DNA of 32,000 bases from Mycolicibacterium smegmatis. Its GTDB lineage: Bacteria; Actinomycetota; Actinomycetes; Mycobacteriales; Mycobacteriaceae. Under the pieces are notes generated by a model. That model saw only the letters and a list, made by a program, of their open reading frames with translations, was not told the origin of the DNA and did no database searches. This document shows, piece by piece, positions 27,294 through 32,000 of this stretch. The position numbers and the translations under genes are program-made. Each line of letters begins with the position of its first letter. Within the stretch, counting starts at the first letter, position 1. Location: positions 5,820,001 to 5,852,000 of the forward strand of contig NZ_LN831039.1 in the NCBI RefSeq assembly GCF_001457595.1. Direction: 5' to 3'.

Positions 27294-28781
27294 GAGGAAT
27301 TGTCAATACCTGTGGATCGGGGTGTTTCAGGCGACCTCCGTTCCGGCGTGCTGACCGCCGTCTGAGGGCGATGTTGGCGGGGTGATGTCGGTGGGTCGTT
27401 CGAGCAGTCTGCCTTTATGGAAGACCGCGCCGGCGCGGACCAGGGCGACCAGGTGTGGGGCGTTGACGGCACGCCAGCGGGCCGCGGCGGCGTCGATGAG
27501 CTTGTAGGCCATCGCTAGTCCGGCCGCTCGTGATCCGGGCCCCTTGGTGACCTTGGTCCTCAAACGCACTGTGGCAAAGGTGGATTCGATCGGATTCGTC
27601 GTTCGCAGATGAATCCAATGTTCGGCCGGATACTTGTAGAATTCCAGCAGCACATCGAGGTCGTCGGTGATCTTAGCGACCGCCTTGGGATACTTCGCGC
27701 CGAAGTCGGCCTCGAAGGCCTTGACCGCGATCTGGGCCTTGTCGATATCCTCGGCGTTGTAGATCTCCTTGATCGCCGCCAGCGCCGACGGGTGCGCTGA
27801 TTTCGGCAGTGCAGCAAGAACATTGGCCTGCTTATGAAACCAGCACCGCTGCTCTTTGGTGGCCGGGAAAACCTCGCGGACTGCTTTCCAGAACCCGAGC
27901 GCGCCATCGCCGATCGCGAGTACGGGGGCGGTCATGCCGCGGCGCTTGCAGTCGCGCAACAGATCGGCCCACGACTCGGCCGACTCGCGGTAGCCGTCGG
28001 TGATCGCCACGAGCTCCTTGCGGCCATCAGCACGCACGCCCAGCATCACCAGCAGACAGAGCTTTTCCTGGTCCAGCCGCACCTTGAGGTGAATGCCGTC
28101 GACCCACAGATACACGTAATCAGTGGCCGAGAGGTCGCGGGCCCCAAACGCGCGGGCCTCGTCTTGCCACTGCGCCGTGAGCCGGGTGATCGTGCTGGCC
28201 GACAGCCCAGCGCCGGAGCCGAGGAACTGCTCGAGGGCAGGGGTGAAATCGTTGCTCGACAGGCCGTGCAGGTACAGCAGCGGCAGTACCTCGCTCATCT
28301 GCGGCGACTTGCGCGCCCAGGCCGGCAGGATCGCCGAGGAGAACCGCTTGCGTTCACCGGTGTCGGGGTCGACACGGCGGTCGTTGACCCGCGGCGCTTT
28401 CACCTGCACCGCGCCGGCGGCGGTCAGCACCTCCCGGGGCTGGTGATAGCCGTTTCGCACCACCAACCGGTGACCGTTCTCGTCGAGTTGATCGGCGAAC
28501 TGCGCCACGTAGGCGGCGACCTCGGCCTGCAACGCCGCGGCCAGCATCTGCCGGGCCCCGTCGCGGACGATCTCATCCAACAACGACCGACCAGCACCGC
28601 TGGCCTTGTCGTTGGCGTCCTCGGTGTCGTGAACTACGGTGAGCATGGGCGTACCTTCCCAACCAGCGCGCCAACGCCGGTCTTGATCGAATACCTGATT
28701 CCGTGAAGATCATCCCCGGGAAGGTGCGCCCATCTTCACGCCCCCACACCGAGGCTCATCCACAGGTATTGATCATTGCTC
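27294..28781 (-). mobile_element. IS256-family insertion sequence (IS6120-like), copy 2, 1488 bp, inverted relative to copy 1
   Basis: Same 24-bp imperfect TIRs; 9-bp target duplication CTTGAAACC at 27285-27293 and 28782-28790. Confidence 0.95.
27327..28646 (-). CDS. IS256-family transposase (same protein as copy 1)
   Basis: 439-aa translation identical to the 24462..25781 ORF. Confidence 0.97.
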   Translation of the reverse strand: MLTVVHDTEDANDKASGAGRSLLDEIVRDGARQMLAAALQAEVAAYVAQFADQLDENGHRLVVRNGYHQPREVLTAAGAVQVKAPRVNDRRVDPDTGERKRFSSAILPAWARKSPQMSEVLPLLYLHGLSSNDFTPALEQFLGSGAGLSASTITRLTAQWQDEARAFGARDLSATDYVYLWVDGIHLKVRLDQEKLCLLVMLGVRADGRKELVAITDGYRESAESWADLLRDCKRRGMTAPVLAIGDGALGFWKAVREVFPATKEQRCWFHKQANVLAALPKSAHPSALAAIKEIYNAEDIDKAQIAVKAFEADFGAKYPKAVAKITDDLDVLLEFYKYPAEHWIHLRTTNPIESTFATVRLRTKVTKGPGSRAAGLAMAYKLIDAAAARWRAVNAPHLVALVRAGAVFHKGRLLERPTDITPPTSPSDGGQHAGTEVA

Positions 28782-29247
28782 CTTGAAACCGGTCACCCCA
28801 CTTCGTTGCGGGAAGCGCCTCGGCGGGTGTGCTGCCCAGCTGTGACTGTATCTGCGCCACGACGTCGCTAGCTGCTGACTGCCTTCCCACCTCACTGTCG
28901 ACGTCGTAACCGATCTGCTGCCAGGCTTGCCACTTTCCGCCGTTGTTGACGTTTGAGGGGTCCATCGAGTAGGCCTCAAACTTCCTTGGATCGATAACGG
29001 CTTCACCCGCGTTGACTAGCGCATCTCCTGCGTGAGGGGCGTAGTCCCCCACCGCGGGTGAATCGCCAACAGCGTCCCCGCCAGCGTGGTGCTCTGCGTG
29101 CGAATCGGGATGTCCAGCGTGCCCCGCGGAGGGTGCGTCGACATGAGGAGTCGGGGCGTCGTCGACGTGTCGACCCGCAGCGCCGAGGGCGTCGAGTCCG
29201 TGCTCGATCCCCTCGCCGAGGATCTTGGCCCCGGGCCACGGGACCAT
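28782..29247 (-). pseudogene. 5' fragment of IS-interrupted DUF6883-like toxin-tip gene (itself lacking an obvious N-terminal delivery domain)
   Basis: MVPWPGAKILGEGIEHGLDALGAAGRHVDDAPTPHVDAPSAGHAGHPDSHAEHH... low-complexity linker then AVIDPRKFEAYSMDPSNVNNGGKWQAWQQIGYDV...ATKWGDRF. Confidence 0.7.
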
Positions 29248-29395
29248 TCCCGCGGCCGAACGTTCGGTTCGCTTCCAGAAAACTCACAGGCTTGCAAGAA
29301 ACAGTGAGGTCACAGCTGCCGGATGCGTCACGCCCCCGTTTCGAATCGGTGGTGGCGGTGCGGCTACACCGGATCCGTAGTACCCCGCGCCACAA

Positions 29396-29599
29396 CTACT
29401 TCCGTCGCCGTCGCCACGGTCGGTCGGGTACCTGTCGCAGCTTGACCTGACTCGCCGGCACCCGCGTGGTGTGCCCGCAGCTGCTGCAGCAGTACGTACG
29501 CGAGCGAGTGCCGGGCTCCCAACCGACAAGAGTCTGCCCCGGCTCGTGCTCCACGCCGCACGCCTCGCACCGCTCCGGCGCCACCTCGGCCCACGCCAC
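29396..29599 (-). CDS. Small zinc-ribbon-like protein
   Basis: VAWAEVAPERCEACGVEHEPGQTLVGWEPGTRSRTYCCSSCGHTTRVPASQVKLRQVPDRPWRRRRK; two CxxC pairs; GTG start inferred. Confidence 0.5.
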   Translation of the reverse strand: MAWAEVAPERCEACGVEHEPGQTLVGWEPGTRSRTYCCSSCGHTTRVPASQVKLRQVPDRPWRRRRK

Positions 29600-29675
29600 G
29601 GCGCAGACGGTAGCCGCGACCGGGGACAGGAAACTCGATTTCGCCTGTCCCTGTGCACGCGTACTCTCGCCGCCC

Positions 29676-30245
29676 GTGGAGTACTTCACCGCCGACTTGC
29701 ACCTGGCGCACCCGAAGCTCGCGCGGCTGCGCGGGTTCGACACCGTCGCGTCACACGACGCCGCGGTCATGGCGCAGCTGTACCGTCTGTCCCCTGAGAC
29801 CGACGAGCTGTGGGTGCTGGGCGACATCTGCTCGGGCGGCGTAGCCAGCATGGAATCAGCTCTGGCGCAGCTGAGCACGCTGCACGTGCCGATGCACCTG
29901 GTGACCGGCAACCACGATCCCGTGAGCCCGATGTACCGGAACGCACAGAAGCACTTCGCCGACTACGCGGTGGTGTTCGCGAGCGTGCAGCAGGTAGCGC
30001 GGACGAAGGTGGGCGGCGAGGGCGTGATGCTCTCGCACTTCCCGTACGCGGGCACACCGGACCGGTTCTCCCGCAAGAGCTTCGACCAGTACCAGCTTCC
30101 CGACCTCGGCATGTGGCTGATCCACGGCCACACGCACTCGGGCGAGCGGCGGTCGGGGAAGCGGTCGATCTGCGTCTCGCTGGAAGCGTGGGATCTCCGG
30201 CCGGCATCGGCCGAGGAGATCACCGCGGAGATGCAGCTGCGCTAG
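29676..30245 (+). CDS. Metallophosphoesterase (calcineurin-like, phage-type)
   Basis: VEYFTADLHLAHPKLARLRGF ... LWVLGDICSGG ... LVTGNHD ... VMLSHFPYAG ... WLIHGHTHSGERRSGKRSICVSLEAWD. Confidence 0.88.
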   Translation: MEYFTADLHLAHPKLARLRGFDTVASHDAAVMAQLYRLSPETDELWVLGDICSGGVASMESALAQLSTLHVPMHLVTGNHDPVSPMYRNAQKHFADYAVVFASVQQVARTKVGGEGVMLSHFPYAGTPDRFSRKSFDQYQLPDLGMWLIHGHTHSGERRSGKRSICVSLEAWDLRPASAEEITAEMQLR

Positions 30246-30745
30246 GACTCACTGTTGTCTGTCGGCACCAGCTGGGCGAGGTACTCGTCGAACGACGCGG
30301 CGACGAACGACTCGACGTCGGGCTCGCGCTCCTCGGTGTCGATCACGACGACGGCCGGGTTGGTTCGGAGCCCCGTCGGGTCCGTCGTTGACCGCCGATA
30401 GTCGAGACACAGATCCCAGTGCCCGTCTCCGTCGAAGGGGACGAGCCACTCCGCGTCGGACGGCCTGGGTTCGAAGTCCTCGTCGTCGTGCCACCACGCG
30501 TCCTTCTCGAGGCGCGGGAACCTCGTTCCGATGCCGCGGATGATGTCGTGGGTCGTGTTGTAGTCCCGGTCCTCGGGGAAGCCGACCTGGAGATAGCCAC
30601 CGTTCTGGCGACGGAGCAGGGCGACGAGGGATTCGGGCAGGCGCACACCCAGTCGTTGTTCGGTCGCGTCGAGCAGCTCATCGGTCAACGGCGGCTGCAC
30701 ATAGTTCTCGTAGGGCGGCACTTTCCAAACGTGTGCTGGGTCCAC
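30242..30745 (-). CDS. SMI1/KNR4 (SUKH)-family protein
   Basis: LTDELLDATEQRLGVRLPESLVALLRRQNGGYLQVGFP ... WLVPFDGDGHWDLCLDYR ... PAVVVIDTEEREPDVESFVAASFDEYLAQL. Confidence 0.88.
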   Translation of the reverse strand: MDPAHVWKVPPYENYVQPPLTDELLDATEQRLGVRLPESLVALLRRQNGGYLQVGFPEDRDYNTTHDIIRGIGTRFPRLEKDAWWHDDEDFEPRPSDAEWLVPFDGDGHWDLCLDYRRSTTDPTGLRTNPAVVVIDTEEREPDVESFVAASFDEYLAQLVPTDNSES

Positions 30746-30895
30746 TGCGTCAGGCTAAGGGTAGGTGGGGGCCTCCGCCGAGCTGGCAAACACATGCGTA
30801 GGCGGTAGCGGCGACCGCATCTACTGCACGTGAATGCTCGGCGTGTCGCGCAGAGCACACGTCGGACGCTGGAATCGCCTGGGATGCTTCAGCGC

Positions 30896-32000
30896 ATGGC
30901 ACGGATACCCGACTACGTGAAGGTCATCGATCTGGACAGCGGCCGCCGCTACGAAGTGCGACCCGAGGTCACCGGCGCTGACGGCAAACGGAGGCAGAAG
31001 CGCAAGCGGTTCAAGACGTTGAAGGAGGCTGTCGACCACTACACGGCCATCGCCGGTGACCGCGGCCGCGGCGTGCACGTTGCGCCGTCGGAGCTCACTG
31101 TCGAGGATGCCGTGGACAGCTGGTTGCTCGGGCAGCGGATCAGACCCAAGACCATGAGCGCGTACATCACGAGCCTTCGACCGATCGTCGACCACCTCGG
31201 GAAGCGCACCGTCCAGTCCATCACCAAGGACGACCTGGAACAGGTAGTGCAGGCGCTGCGCGCGGGCACGTCGAAGATGGGCACCTGGAACGCCCCCACC
31301 AAGTTGACGAAAGCCGCGAAGAAGGTCCGCTCCCCCTGGGCGCCCAGCAGCATCAACCCGATGCTGGCCCGCACCCGGAGCATCTTCGAGGATCTTGTGA
31401 ACCAAGGCGTCGTGGTTCGGAATGTCGCCGCCCTGGTGAAGCCCCTCGCGACCGACACCGAGAAGACGATGAACACGTTGAACGCGGAGCAGGTCACCCA
31501 GTTGCTCGCCGTGACCGACTCGCATTGCTACGGAATCGCCTGGCGGCTGGCGGTTCTCGGCCTGCGCCGCGGCGAGATCCTCGCGTTGACGTGGGACGCG
31601 GTCGACTTCGACGCCGGCACCCTCGCCATCTCCGCCGCGCGGCTCGCCACAGCGGGCGGCGCCACGACCGGAGCCCCGAAGACGAAGACCAGCGTGCGCA
31701 CCCTCCCGATGCCCGACGACTTGACCGCTGCGCTCCGCCGCGTCCGGAAGCGTCAGAAGGAACAGAAGCTCGCGCTGGGATCGAAGTGGACCGACAGCGG
31801 CTACGTCATCGTGGACGAGTTCGGAGTCGCGCCGTATCCCGACACGTTGACCGCTGCGTGGCGCAAGGCACTCGCCAACGCCGGTCTCCCCCACGTTCGG
31901 CTGCATGATGCGCGACACAGCTGCGCGACCTTGATGCACCTCTCGGGTGTGCCGACCGTGGTGATCGCGGCGTGGCTCGGCCATCAAGATCCCGGCTTCA
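30896..32000 (+). CDS. Tyrosine recombinase / phage-type integrase, 3' end beyond window
   Basis: Direct translation from ATG 30896: MARIPDYVKVIDLDSGRRYEVRPEVTGADGKRRQKRKRFKTLKEAVDHYTAIAG ... RLAVLGLRRGEILALTWDAVDF ... VRLHDARHSCATLMHLSGVPTVVIAAWLGHQDPGF (R, HxxR, GH residues). Confidence 0.94.
   Translation, partial: MARIPDYVKVIDLDSGRRYEVRPEVTGADGKRRQKRKRFKTLKEAVDHYTAIAGDRGRGVHVAPSELTVEDAVDSWLLGQRIRPKTMSAYITSLRPIVDHLGKRTVQSITKDDLEQVVQALRAGTSKMGTWNAPTKLTKAAKKVRSPWAPSSINPMLARTRSIFEDLVNQGVVVRNVAALVKPLATDTEKTMNTLNAEQVTQLLAVTDSHCYGIAWRLAVLGLRRGEILALTWDAVDFDAGTLAISAARLATAGGATTGAPKTKTSVRTLPMPDDLTAALRRVRKRQKEQKLALGSKWTDSGYVIVDEFGVAPYPDTLTAAWRKALANAGLPHVRLHDARHSCATLMHLSGVPTVVIAAWLGHQDPGF

Noticed and set aside
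24327-28781. Composite transposon with cargo between two IS copies
   Set aside because: Each IS has its own perfect 9-bp target duplication and interrupts a gene of the pre-existing locus, so the middle segment is host sequence rather than transposed cargo.
24327-28781. Inversion of the segment between the two IS copies
   Set aside because: An inversion would exchange target duplications between copies; instead each copy keeps matching flanks and both split genes rejoin in frame in the present orientation.
29300-29400. Possible tRNA 3' fragment/attachment core near CGTTTCGAATCGG
   Set aside because: Only a T-loop-like string; no cloverleaf or CCA end could be folded by eye, and the second att copy is outside the window.
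30821-31987. 388-aa minus ORF at the right end
   Set aside because: Antisense shadow of the integrase frame, which continues off the window and so is absent from the ORF track.
1-32000. CRISPR arrays, retron/DGR-type repeats, rRNA operons
   Set aside because: No regularly spaced repeat array, reverse transcriptase or rRNA-like sequence was seen on reading through the window.

Overview
This 32 kb window is high-GC mycobacterial chromosome, probably Mycobacterium smegmatis or a close relative, judged from the carboxylic acid reductase and overall gene content.

Left ~20 kb: fadB/fadA, a RidA/MarR pair, a DapC-like aminotransferase, and an apparent ureide/purine-catabolism block (CitE-like aldolase, allantoicase, PuuE-type deacetylase, hydantoin racemase, NCS1 permease, FCD-GntR regulator). 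These are followed by an LLM-class oxidoreductase, a universal stress protein, a CaiB/BaiF CoA-transferase, kdc, an SRPBCC protein, a UBP zinc finger and a full carboxylic acid reductase.

21-24 kb: an overlapping gene chain with patatin lipase, PlsC-like acyltransferase and gas-vesicle minor genes (gvpK, gvpJ/A-like, gvpL/F-like).

24-29.3 kb, the accessory part: two identical-length (1488 bp) IS256-family/IS6120-like insertion sequences in opposite orientation, each with 24-bp imperfect TIRs and its own perfect 9-bp target duplication. Removing each IS in silico restores two interrupted reading frames. One is a C-terminal polymorphic-toxin-like (DUF6883-like) protein whose stop overlaps a DUF4926-like gene. 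The other is an uncharacterised gene translationally coupled to a T6SS-immunity/Tdi1-like gene. I read this as a degraded toxin-tip/immunity array.

29.3 kb to the end: an integrase-bearing island with a zinc ribbon, a phosphoesterase, a SUKH/SMI1 protein and a tyrosine recombinase that runs off the window.

No CRISPR array, rRNA or tRNA was recognised.
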